From assembly GCA_041946805.1 (NCBI GenBank), contig JBHGBC010000065.1, forward strand, positions 1-29,211: 29,211 bases of DNA, read 5' to 3'. Source of the stretch: a bacterium. GTDB taxonomy: Bacteria > Hinthialibacterota > Hinthialibacteria > Hinthialibacterales > Hinthialibacteraceae. Below the pieces are notes generated by a model. It was not told the DNA's origin. It did not search any database and saw nothing but the letters and a program-made list of their open reading frames with translations. Of the stretch, positions 9,758 to 18,036 are shown piece after piece. The position numbers and the translations under genes are program-made. How positions within the stretch are numbered: the stretch's first letter is position 1; every line of letters begins with the position of its first letter.

Positions 9758-10159
9758 AATATGAAACCATCAATACCTCGCAAACATAGCATCCGCCGGG
9801 AGCGGATTTTGGAACTGCTCAGCGGGACCAAGCAGCACCCCACGGCCGAGTGGGTGTACGAACAGCTCAAGCGCGAGTATCCCGGCCTGAGCCTGGGGAC
9901 TGTGTACCGCAACTTGCGCATCCTGGTCGAGGAAGGTCTGGCGCAGTCGATCCCCGGCGGGAAATCGACCGATCATTTCGACGCGGACATCGCTCCGCAT
10001 CACCATGTCACGTGTGACCGGTGCGGCAGAGTGTCGGACGCGCCGGTGAAAGTGGCGGAGGAATTATTCCGGAAAATGGAACAGGTGACCGGTTACCGGA
10101 TCGATTATCCCCAGATCTCGGTCTCCGGACTCTGTCCCGACTGCCAGATTGAGAAATGA
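9755..10159 (+). CDS. Fur-family transcriptional repressor, probably PerR-like
   Basis: HPTAEWVY, SLGTVYRNL, HHHVTCDRCG and terminal CPDC motifs; directly upstream of ahpC. Start is ATG 9755 or 9761. Confidence 0.92.
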   Translation: MNMKPSIPRKHSIRRERILELLSGTKQHPTAEWVYEQLKREYPGLSLGTVYRNLRILVEEGLAQSIPGGKSTDHFDADIAPHHHVTCDRCGRVSDAPVKVAEELFRKMEQVTGYRIDYPQISVSGLCPDCQIEK

Positions 10160-10266
10160 TAAAAAAATAAGCGGAAACAAGGGATACTCTTTTTCGCTCC
10201 TGCACTGGCGAAAAAGAAAAACCGTAGCCATACCCAACCATTTTCTAAAAAAGGAGAGAAAGCACA

Positions 10267-10794
10267 ATGTCGATTCGCATTGGATTGCCGGCGCCGGATT
10301 TCACCGTGGAAGCGCTGGAGAAGAAGGATTTCAAAAAGATTTCGCTGAGTGGATTGAAAGGCAAGTGGATTTGCCTCTTCTTCTATCCCCTCGATTTCAC
10401 GTTCGTCTGCCCGACGGAAATCGTCGAGTTTAGTCATCGCAGCAAGGAATTCGCGGACCGCGGCTGCGTGGTGATCGGCGGGAGTACGGACAGCAAGTTC
10501 TCGCACCTCGGCTGGTGCAATTCCCATCCCGAGTTGAAAAATCTCCAGATCCCCTTGATCGCCGATTACACCAAGAGCGTCGCCCGTGATTACGGGATTT
10601 TGAAAGACGATGAAGGCATGGCCTACCGCGGGACGTTCCTGATCGATCCCGAGGGCATCCTGCGTTTCATTTACATCACCGATCTGCCCGTCGGGCGCAA
10701 TGTGGATGAAGTCCTGCGCGTGCTGGACGCCCTGCAAACCGGCGGCTTGACACCCTGCCAGTGGAAAAAAGGCGAGGCCACATTGAAAGTGTAA
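10267..10794 (+). CDS. ahpC: Alkyl hydroperoxide reductase C (AhpC/Prx1 peroxiredoxin)
   Basis: FYPLDFTFVCPTEI, VGRNVDEVLRVLDALQ and TPCQWKKG; AAGGAG upstream. Confidence 0.93.
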   Translation: MSIRIGLPAPDFTVEALEKKDFKKISLSGLKGKWICLFFYPLDFTFVCPTEIVEFSHRSKEFADRGCVVIGGSTDSKFSHLGWCNSHPELKNLQIPLIADYTKSVARDYGILKDDEGMAYRGTFLIDPEGILRFIYITDLPVGRNVDEVLRVLDALQTGGLTPCQWKKGEATLKV

Positions 10795-10857
10795 GGTGGA
10801 AGGAAAAGGAAACAACCGGACTGATTTGCCATGAGCGTCCCCTGCGTGAATGGCCAG

Positions 10858-10891
10858 AAAGGGTGGGAGTGATCTCACCCTTTTCTGTTTT
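10858..10891 (+). terminator. Probable terminator after ahpC
   Basis: AAAGGGTGGGA / TCTCACCCTTT stem followed by a T-rich run. Confidence 0.7.
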
Positions 10892-10893
10892 CC

Positions 10894-11102
10894 GGCTCAT
10901 CCGGCCAGTGCGTACGGTTTCAGATCGACGGATCGCATTTCTTTGAAATGATCAATGAAAACCACCCCCGTAATCCCCTCTCCCTCGGGGAGAGGGCCAG
11001 GGTGAGGGTATTGTTATAGGGGCGGACCTTGATGTCCGGCCTCATCCCGGAATGAAGGGCATCGATTTTTACCTCATGATGTACGCACTTCCCAGATGAA
11101 CC
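10894..11102. mobile_element. MITE-like element family 1 (209 bp)
   Basis: TIRs GGCTCATCCGGCCAGTGCGTAC / GTACGCACTTCCCAGATGAACC; colinear with 5441-5698. Confidence 0.8.
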
Positions 11103-11145
11103 TGTTTTCAAGAAGGATGCGGCTGATCTCCACCCTCGGCCATAA

Positions 11146-11226
11146 TCCCCCTCTCCCCTATGGGAGAGGAGCCGGGTAAAAAAAGCCCTGCAGGGGCGCT
11201 TTCAGCCAGGGGTACAACCCCTGGCG
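11146..11226. repeat. BoxC-like and REP-like hairpin cluster
   Basis: CCTCTCCC..GGGAGAGG, CCCTGCAGGG and GCCAGGGGTACAACCCCTGGC. Confidence 0.65.
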
Positions 11227-11248
11227 TGATCTTCAGGCGTGGTCTCCT

Positions 11249-12466
11249 TTACTCCCCCCTCCGCCCCGGATCGTACAGGCTCCATTCGCGGTGGCGCGGA
11301 TCGAAGGCCACGCCCCAGCGGTGTTCGGCCGGCATCCGGGGTGTGTGGGATTGCCGTTGCGCCAGAAAGGCGTCGAGAATGAGCAAGGCGGGTACGGGCG
11401 GCCGGTTCTTGTCCAGCAAAAACGCGTAGAGGCCGAATTGTTCCTCGAAACGCGCGCGGGGGATGGCGTAGCCATTGAGCAAGGTCCATACGCGGTCGAA
11501 CTGGCGCATGATTTCGTCATCGATGGGAATCACCGGCGAATTGTTGTCCTGCCATGCGTGCGGATCGAGGCGCAAACGTTTCTCGAAAGCGCCGGTGAGC
11601 CGCTGAACCAACTCGACTACAAAACGGTTTTCGGCGAACGGGTGTCCCCGGAGACGTTCGTAGGCCATGCGGTTCAGCAGGCCGCCGGGCTTCTCGCGGT
11701 ATGCGAAAGCGGGGCCGTATTGTTCCAGGGAAAAACCGGGCATGGTTTCCGGCGGCGCGTAGTCCCAGGTTCCGTTTTTGAAACGAGGCCAGCGCCAATG
11801 GACGATGCCGCTGTGTTGGGTAGGGATTTCAGGGCCGTAGATTTGCACGTTGGTCATGGGGGAGAGCGTGATGAAATTCTGCCCCGGGCGGAACGCCTCA
11901 TAGTAGGTGATGGGCAGCAGGGTCTGATCGCCGATCCGGCCGAGCACCACGGCGTGAGAGGCGATCCGGTCTTCGTAAATGATCAAGCCTGGGCGGACGT
12001 TTTCGGGATTCAAGGCCACGGGGTACGTGTCGTGATGCAAGGTTCGTGTGCTCACCCAGCCAAACAAATCGTGCAGAAAGGTCACGAAACGCGGATCCTG
12101 GCGCCATTCGGGCCGGGTGGGATGACTGTCCCATTCCCGGCTGAAGTGGCCGGTCCGCCGTCCCGTGGCATCGGTGGCGAGAAAGGGCAACTGATGTTCG
12201 CGGGCGAACACGGCCCGGAGGGTATAGACCAGGTCGGCACAATCAGGACGCAATCCGGTGGGCTTGAGGAAATTCTCATCGACCGCATGCGCGATCCAGA
12301 CGGAGAACGTCTGTTCCCACGTGGCGTTCCAGACCTGGCCGGCGGCCCAGACCTCCGCCCCGGCGGCCCGGGGGAACAGCGCCCCCCCGCATAACAAGAG
12401 GACGCAACCGAGAAGTCCGAGGAGGCGCTCAGTCCGGTTGCGGGTATTGGGCGCGCATGGCGGCAT
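11249..12466 (-). CDS. Secreted hypothetical protein with DCAD motif (405 aa); paralog of 12429..13769
   Basis: AAAGGAG Shine-Dalgarno before ATG 12466; signal peptide ending AAGA; motifs VWAA..WN.TWE, DCADL, DTYPV.LN, PGL..YE..IASHA and HSGIV.W.WP shared with its neighbour. The ORF-track start at 12736 lies inside the upstream gene. Confidence 0.8.
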   Translation of the reverse strand: MPPCAPNTRNRTERLLGLLGCVLLLCGGALFPRAAGAEVWAAGQVWNATWEQTFSVWIAHAVDENFLKPTGLRPDCADLVYTLRAVFAREHQLPFLATDATGRRTGHFSREWDSHPTRPEWRQDPRFVTFLHDLFGWVSTRTLHHDTYPVALNPENVRPGLIIYEDRIASHAVVLGRIGDQTLLPITYYEAFRPGQNFITLSPMTNVQIYGPEIPTQHSGIVHWRWPRFKNGTWDYAPPETMPGFSLEQYGPAFAYREKPGGLLNRMAYERLRGHPFAENRFVVELVQRLTGAFEKRLRLDPHAWQDNNSPVIPIDDEIMRQFDRVWTLLNGYAIPRARFEEQFGLYAFLLDKNRPPVPALLILDAFLAQRQSHTPRMPAEHRWGVAFDPRHREWSLYDPGRRGE

Positions 12467-13769
12467 CGAACACGTCTCCTTTGTCCTGGGCGGAACGGTA
12501 CCACTCGAGGACTTCCGCGGAAGGAAAACGGCCGTTGAAGATCCAATCCTGCCGCATGGCGTCCCACCGCAGCCCCCAGCGTTTTTCGGCGGACACGTAC
12601 GCGTCGGGGGAGATCCAGCGCTGGTCCACGGCGATGAAGACGTAGAACAGATTGACCGGCGGCCAATGGGGCGAGAGGACGAGGGGAATCCGCTCCAGCG
12701 CCGCGAAAAACCGGTTCCGGGGAATATCGTAATCATACAATCCAGCCCATATCTGCTGCATCAGATTAAACAAACGGTTGTCACGCGAGTCGGTATTGTA
12801 GGTGTAATCGAAGGTGGCCGAGCGGAAGCCGGGGCCTTTTTGCCGCAAAAGCGCCGCGGCCTTCTGGACCACCTGCGCCCGGAATTGAATCTCTTGCTGG
12901 AAGAAAGTGACCAGCTTAGGAATGATTTCATCGTGGTTCACTTCGGTGGTATGGGCGGAACCCTTGACCACACGGTTGAGGGCCTTGGCCAATTGGGTGC
13001 GGAACGCGAAGGAGGGATCGTAAATCTCATCGGAATACAAGGGCATCTGCTCATCCGGAATCAACCGCCAGCGGCCGTTCTTTTCGACCGGCCAGTTCCA
13101 TCGCACGATCCCGCTGTGATGGCGGGGGACCTCGGGCGTGTAGATATAGACGTCCAGGGTGGTGGAGCGTTTGAAACGGACGCTGGGGGGGACCGATGCT
13201 TCGAAGAAGACCACGGGAATGATCTGGGCGGGATCGCTCCGGCCGATATAACTGGCATGGCTGGCGATCAGATTTTCATAAACCACCAGGCCGGGCTTCA
13301 CGGTCCGCTGGTTGAGGCCCACGGGATAGGTGTCGTGGGGGAAGGACCGCGTGGTGACGTGGCGGACCAATTCGCTCAGAAACGAGCGAAAGCGGCGGTC
13401 GTTTTGCCACTCGCGGGCGGCGCCTTCGCTGTCCCAGTTGTTCAGATAGTGGCCGATCTTAATCCCGTTGAGGTCGCTGGCCAGGAAGGGAAGTCCGGAA
13501 TTCCGGCAAAAGATGGCGCGCACGACGTAGCAGAGATCGGCGCAGTCCACCGCCAGATGGACGGGCTGCAGAAGATCCACATCCACGGACGTGTTGATCC
13601 ATTGGGCGTAGCGCTCTTCCCACGTTTCATTCCAATCATGGATGGCGGCCCAAACCGCCGCGGGGGAGGGAAGCGGCGCGAGCCAGGACATCATGAGAAA
13701 TAAGCCCAGAAGGAGACCAATCATCCAACCACGCAAAGACCCGTTCTTAGCCTGACCATTCCTGACCAT
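12429..13769 (-). CDS. Secreted hypothetical protein with DCAD motif, possible papain-like/NlpC-P60-type Cys-His enzyme
   Basis: Signal peptide, then AVWAAIHDWNETWEERYAQW, DCADLCYVVRAIF and PGLVVYENLIASHASYIG. Mutual homology with the downstream ORF supports this frame. Confidence 0.8.
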   Translation of the reverse strand: MVRNGQAKNGSLRGWMIGLLLGLFLMMSWLAPLPSPAAVWAAIHDWNETWEERYAQWINTSVDVDLLQPVHLAVDCADLCYVVRAIFCRNSGLPFLASDLNGIKIGHYLNNWDSEGAAREWQNDRRFRSFLSELVRHVTTRSFPHDTYPVGLNQRTVKPGLVVYENLIASHASYIGRSDPAQIIPVVFFEASVPPSVRFKRSTTLDVYIYTPEVPRHHSGIVRWNWPVEKNGRWRLIPDEQMPLYSDEIYDPSFAFRTQLAKALNRVVKGSAHTTEVNHDEIIPKLVTFFQQEIQFRAQVVQKAAALLRQKGPGFRSATFDYTYNTDSRDNRLFNLMQQIWAGLYDYDIPRNRFFAALERIPLVLSPHWPPVNLFYVFIAVDQRWISPDAYVSAEKRWGLRWDAMRQDWIFNGRFPSAEVLEWYRSAQDKGDVFDAAMRAQYPQPD

Positions 13770-13948
13770 GAGGCATCAACCATCATAGCATATTTCTTGG
13801 AGGTTCTTCCGGTAAGTGCGTCCAGTCTCCCTAGCCCCCCGTAATCCCCGCCGGATGGATTAGCGCGCCGCGCGTCGCTCATCAAAACCATCTTCCTCTT
13901 CTGTCCCCCCTATCCCCATATGCGAGAGGACCAGGCTGACGGAAAACA

Positions 13949-14073
13949 GCCCGGGAGGAGCGCTTTCAACTTCAGCCAGGTGTAAAATCCCTGGCATACA
14001 TCCCCTGGCATACACCCCCTGGCGTTCACCCCGAAGGGGCATCCCGAGCTCAGCCAGGGGACAACGCCCCTGG
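13949..14073. repeat. REP-like hairpin cluster with tandem reiteration of one arm
   Basis: CAGCCAGG...CCCTGGC with CCCTGGC(ATACA) repeated three times, then CCCCGAAGGGG and CCAGGGG...CCCCTGG. A lone family-1 TIR (GGTTCTTCCGGTAAGTGCG) lies at 13802. Confidence 0.65.
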
Positions 14074-14294
14074 ATTCTTTCCCCCTCCCAATCTTCTATT
14101 TAACCGCATGACTTGGTTGACCTCTCGTGTCCCGGTGGTTTATGATGAGCCAAGCCTGTGAACCAGACGTCAGGCAGACGCCTCGCGCCGCGAAATGGCT
14201 TCGGCAAGAGATGGGGGGAGTCTCGATCCGAAAAACGCAGAACCGGTTGCACCACTTTTGCACCATATATTTCATCGAGAAAGGATTCAAAAAA

Positions 14295-15149
14295 ATGAGA
14301 CGGCACGGACTGGCGGTGGTTTTCGTATGTATCGGCCTCTGGCTGATACCGGGTTTCCTGACAGCGGCTTTTTCACAAGAATTCGGCCCGGAGGCGCGAA
14401 ATTCGTACGTAGTGAAATTTTTGGATCCAACCGGACCTTTGCCCACGATCGGGGGTGTCTTTGATTCCGGCTGGAAAGCCACGTTCAATGAAAGCACGAA
14501 ATGGTTGATTTATACCGATCCGGAAACCGATCAAGATCCGGTGAATGGCCCCCGGTCCGACGATTTTCATTTTTACGCGGGGATTCTCGATGGCACGCCT
14601 CCCCGCTTGTTCGTGGGAATCAACGGAGTGGGATTCACGCCCAATGTCGGGGCGGACGCGCCCACGGAGAACGACGCGGCGACCTGGTGGGGCAGTTCGT
14701 TGTATGAAATGCAGATCGTGCAAAATTTTGATACAGATCCCCGGAACAAAATCTCCATCGGCTATGACGGCCATTGGTCCGATTTCCAACGGAGTCCGGA
14801 AGTCGGCCCGGCGGACTTCACTCTGACCAACCTGGAAGTGGCCGTGATCGATACGGGGGACGGATTCGCGGCTGAACTCGCCTTCGATCTGGACGAGAAC
14901 GCGTTTCTGACCCTGGATAGTCCGGATCCGGCGACCGGCATAACCTGGCTGCGGGTGATCATCAGCCATCAAGGAAGCGGCGTGCCCTTGGTGGTGTGGC
15001 CCGACGGGGATTTCAACGGCAATGTCGGATATGCCACGCACGGTTCCACGGGGTGGGATCATTTCGGATGGTGGGATGTCACCAGCGCCCGGAGCCAAAA
15101 GGTGAAATACCAGGCGGGAGTGGACGTCTCCCAGTGGGAAATTCATTGA
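14295..15149 (+). CDS. Secreted hypothetical protein (possibly DOMON/CBM9-like) ending in VSQWEIH
   Basis: AAGGA upstream of the ATG; signal peptide MRRHGLAVVFVCIGLWLIPGFLTAAFS; Trp/Asp/Gly-rich mature region. The fold guess is weak. Confidence 0.75.
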   Translation: MRRHGLAVVFVCIGLWLIPGFLTAAFSQEFGPEARNSYVVKFLDPTGPLPTIGGVFDSGWKATFNESTKWLIYTDPETDQDPVNGPRSDDFHFYAGILDGTPPRLFVGINGVGFTPNVGADAPTENDAATWWGSSLYEMQIVQNFDTDPRNKISIGYDGHWSDFQRSPEVGPADFTLTNLEVAVIDTGDGFAAELAFDLDENAFLTLDSPDPATGITWLRVIISHQGSGVPLVVWPDGDFNGNVGYATHGSTGWDHFGWWDVTSARSQKVKYQAGVDVSQWEIH

Positions 15150-15306
15150 ATTTGGAGATCGGTTTGGAATCGAATCCCGTACACCAACCTGCCACTCCCC
15201 TGCTTTTAGCGATCCTTTCTCCCCTCAATTATTTCCTTACCCGGTTCTCATTCTTCTGATACACTACCTATCCAATTCATGAAATCAATCGAGAGGTGAA
15301 CAAGGC

Positions 15307-17046
15307 ATGGTCCGGAAATCGGGATGGTTCGTGGGGCTGATGATGGGATGTGCCATAGCGCTCCATCTGTCCGCGGGGGCGGCCGAAGAAGCCGCCGGGG
15401 CAATGGATCCCAAGGTGGATGAGGTGGTGAAGCAGTTATCGAGTTTCCTCGCTGGATTGAAAAATTATAGCGTGAATGTGGACATCACCGTCCTGGTGGA
15501 GGCCCAAGGCATGAAGCAGGAGATGGTCACCAAGCAGTCGCTGGCGTTGCAGCGGCCGGACAAGATGGCCATGGTTCTGAAGGACGGCATGATGGGCGGC
15601 ACGGTGGTGTCGGATGGGAAGAACCTGTACCGCTACATTCCCATGCTGCAAGCCTACACCGTGGAGGACGCGCCGGAGTCGATCGACGCGCTGTCCTCGG
15701 TGGAGCCCGGCGGGGGGATGGGGATGGCGATGGGGGCGTTCAACACGGCCTTCATCGAGTTCTTGGTCAAGAACGATCCCTACGAATCGTTTTTCAAGGA
15801 AATGAAGGGCGGGCAATACGTGGGAGAGGAAGATCTCGAGGGAACCGCCACTCACCGCGTGCGCCTGAACCAGGAGGAAATGAGCGTCGATTTGTGGATC
15901 GACAAGGGAGACAAACCCCTGGTGCGGAAACTGGTTCCGGACATGTCCAAGATTTTTGAGCGCCTGGGCGGAGCGGCCGCGGGCATGATGAAGGACATGA
16001 AGATGAGCATGGGCATCACCTTGGCGGATTGGAAAACGAACACGGAATTGCCCGCGGACACGTTTGTGTTCACACCTCCCGAGGGCGCGAAGAAAGTTGA
16101 TTCGTTTGAGGCGGCTATGGGGGGGGAAGCCATGAGGGGCGATGCATCCCCCAAATCGGAAACGGATCTCTTGGGCCAGCCCGCGCCCGGGTTTCAATTG
16201 GAATTGCTCAATGGTGAAAATTTTTCCCTGGCGGGCCAGAAAGGCCAGGTAGTGATTTTGGATTTCTGGGCCACGTGGTGCGGCCCCTGCCGCCAAGCCA
16301 TGCCCGTCATGGAAAAAGTCACGTCTTCGTTCAAGGACCAGGGTGTGAAACTGATCGCTGTGAACTTGCAGGAAGATGCGGCCATAATTCAAAAGTTCTT
16401 GAAACAGATGAATCTGCATCCCACCGTGGCCCTGGACCGGGAGGGGAAAGTGGCGGAGCAGTACGGCGTGCAGGTCATCCCCACAACGGTGTTGATCGGC
16501 AAGGACGGCACGGTGCAAGCGGTGCACTTGGGCAATCTGCCCAACCTGAAGGATACCTTGGAATCGGAACTGAAGGCACTGATCAATGGAAAGGCGCTGG
16601 TGGCTGAAAAACAGAGCGTGAAAGCCATACCCCGCAAGGGCATGAGTCAGGTGGCGAGAGCCAAGGCCGACATGCGCGCCTTGCGGAACGCGCTGGAGAT
16701 GTTTTTCATCGATAACGATAAATACCCGGTCCCACTCGAAGGAAGAACGCTGGACCAGGCGGGCCTGAAAGTGGGAGAAGAATCCCAAGCCCGGATCCTC
16801 CGCTTGACCGGGCCGGTGCAATACGTGGACAGCCTTCCGGCCGATCCCTTCGATCCCGAGGACAAACCGTACCGGTATTTCAGTGACGGCAAGTTCTATA
16901 TCCTGGTGTCCAACGGTCCGGATGGGGACGTTGACTTCGACGAGCGGACCTTCAAGGGCGGGAAAATCGACACCCTGCGGGAATTCATCTTCGATCCCGA
17001 GGATGGAGAAACCAGCTCGGGCGATATTATCGTCGTAGGGCCTTGA
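15307..17046 (+). CDS. Secreted DUF2092/LolA-like domain + TlpA-type thioredoxin + C-terminal pseudopilin-head-like domain
   Basis: GAGGTG Shine-Dalgarno; signal peptide; QRPDK...VSDGK...LWID..DKP...FVFTPPEGAKKV; VVILDFWATWCGPC; C-terminal VARAKADMRALRNALEMFFIDNDKYP...LTGPVQY...DPF...SNGPDG...SSGDII. Confidence 0.85.
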   Translation: MVRKSGWFVGLMMGCAIALHLSAGAAEEAAGAMDPKVDEVVKQLSSFLAGLKNYSVNVDITVLVEAQGMKQEMVTKQSLALQRPDKMAMVLKDGMMGGTVVSDGKNLYRYIPMLQAYTVEDAPESIDALSSVEPGGGMGMAMGAFNTAFIEFLVKNDPYESFFKEMKGGQYVGEEDLEGTATHRVRLNQEEMSVDLWIDKGDKPLVRKLVPDMSKIFERLGGAAAGMMKDMKMSMGITLADWKTNTELPADTFVFTPPEGAKKVDSFEAAMGGEAMRGDASPKSETDLLGQPAPGFQLELLNGENFSLAGQKGQVVILDFWATWCGPCRQAMPVMEKVTSSFKDQGVKLIAVNLQEDAAIIQKFLKQMNLHPTVALDREGKVAEQYGVQVIPTTVLIGKDGTVQAVHLGNLPNLKDTLESELKALINGKALVAEKQSVKAIPRKGMSQVARAKADMRALRNALEMFFIDNDKYPVPLEGRTLDQAGLKVGEESQARILRLTGPVQYVDSLPADPFDPEDKPYRYFSDGKFYILVSNGPDGDVDFDERTFKGGKIDTLREFIFDPEDGETSSGDIIVVGP

Positions 17047-17109
17047 GCGTCGTTTGCCGGTTCACTGCCCAAATCGCCAAAGACAAATCTCTCCAATACA
17101 AATCGCTCA

Positions 17110-17271
17110 GTAACTGTTTAGCCGGATGCAGAACTTTTCAGCGCTGTATTCGGGGTATGAGCATGGACGGGAATGCGAAACGATTCCCTCTCCCTCTGGG
17201 AGAGGGTTAGGGTGAGGGAAGACCTGAAAGGGCGGAATTCAACCTTTCTCTGCAATCGAGTAAACAGGTAC
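17110..17271. mobile_element. MITE-like element family 2 (162 bp) with BoxC-like core
   Basis: Imperfect TIRs GTAACTGTTTAGCCGGATGCAG / CTGCAATCGAGTAAACAGGTAC. The left ~75 bp is similar to sequence starting at 22651. Confidence 0.65.
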
Positions 17272-17284
17272 ATCTCTCAAAATG

Positions 17285-17316
17285 AACACCCCCTGGAGCG
17301 GTCTCCAGGGGGTGTT
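17285..17316 (-). terminator. Perfect hairpin downstream of flgM, probable terminator between convergent genes
   Basis: AACACCCCCTGGAG-cggt-CTCCAGGGGGTGTT, a 14-bp stem. Confidence 0.7.
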
Positions 17317-17347
17317 TGGTTGCTTTGGCTGCCTGATCTCCTGATGC

Positions 17348-17653
17348 TTATACGCCCAGGATTTTCTGGGCGGCCTGGCGGGAGGCTTCAATCCCTTCAT
17401 ATTCCCCTTGCTCCAGTTTTTCCTTGGCTTGAGCGACCACGGCCGGCCGCATATCGGATTCGGCTTGAGCGAGTTGGACCAGGTTGCTGATGGTTTGCGC
17501 TTCCTTGGCCCCGGCGGAAATCTCGATGCGGTCCGTGGGGGATGGCGTGGCGGCCGGCTCATTCGCTTTCGCGCCGGTCCCTTTGGAGACCGCGCGCTCC
17601 GTAACGCGATTGGCCTGATTGGCTTGCGTGTTGATTCCGGTTAAGTCGACCAT
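17348..17653 (-). CDS. flgM: Anti-sigma-28 factor FlgM
   Basis: About 100 aa with low-complexity N-terminus and DRIEISAGAK...DMRPAVVAQAKEKLEQGEYE...AAQKIL FlgM pattern; GGGAG Shine-Dalgarno before ATG 17653. Confidence 0.8.
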   Translation of the reverse strand: MVDLTGINTQANQANRVTERAVSKGTGAKANEPAATPSPTDRIEISAGAKEAQTISNLVQLAQAESDMRPAVVAQAKEKLEQGEYEGIEASRQAAQKILGV

Positions 17654-17765
17654 CGTTCTATGCTCCCGAAATGCCTCGCATTCTTTTTCATCGGCCCTCA
17701 GTCCCATTAAATCCATTGTATCACCATCGACGATAGGGGTCGATGGCCGATTTCGTCGTATTGAA

Positions 17766-17793
17766 TTATCGTCGCGATGAGACGCATACTTGA
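17766..17793 (-). promoter_or_regulatory. Candidate sigma-28 (FliA) promoter for flgM
   Basis: Minus strand TCAAG-N15-GACGATAA, resembling the TAAAG...GCCGATAA consensus, upstream of flgM. Confidence 0.5.
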
Positions 17794-18036
17794 GCCTCCC
17801 CTGACGCGCGCAGGCGTATATCCGCAGTCTGAATGCGGTTTGTTCGAGGCGGTAAGTTAATTTATATCAACATATTGTTGCAATTCTGTCCCTTGAATGT
17901 TTTAAAGTGTTCCTGTTTTTGGCATTGGAGGCCGATGAAAAAAAGTTGGTCCAGAGAGTGCTCTCGGAGTAGTTTTAGCGAGATTCAATCCACTTTGGGT
18001 TTTGACGTTTTTTCTCCGGATTTATGCCATCATCAA

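Noticed and set aside
13960..14073. CRISPR-like short repeats (also 20340-20430)
   Set aside because: The repeats are short palindrome arms with no regular unique spacers, and there are no cas genes.
17688..17938. Other sigma-28-like -10 boxes (GCCGATGA at 17688-17695 minus and 17931-17938 plus)
   Set aside because: No -35 element at the proper spacing.
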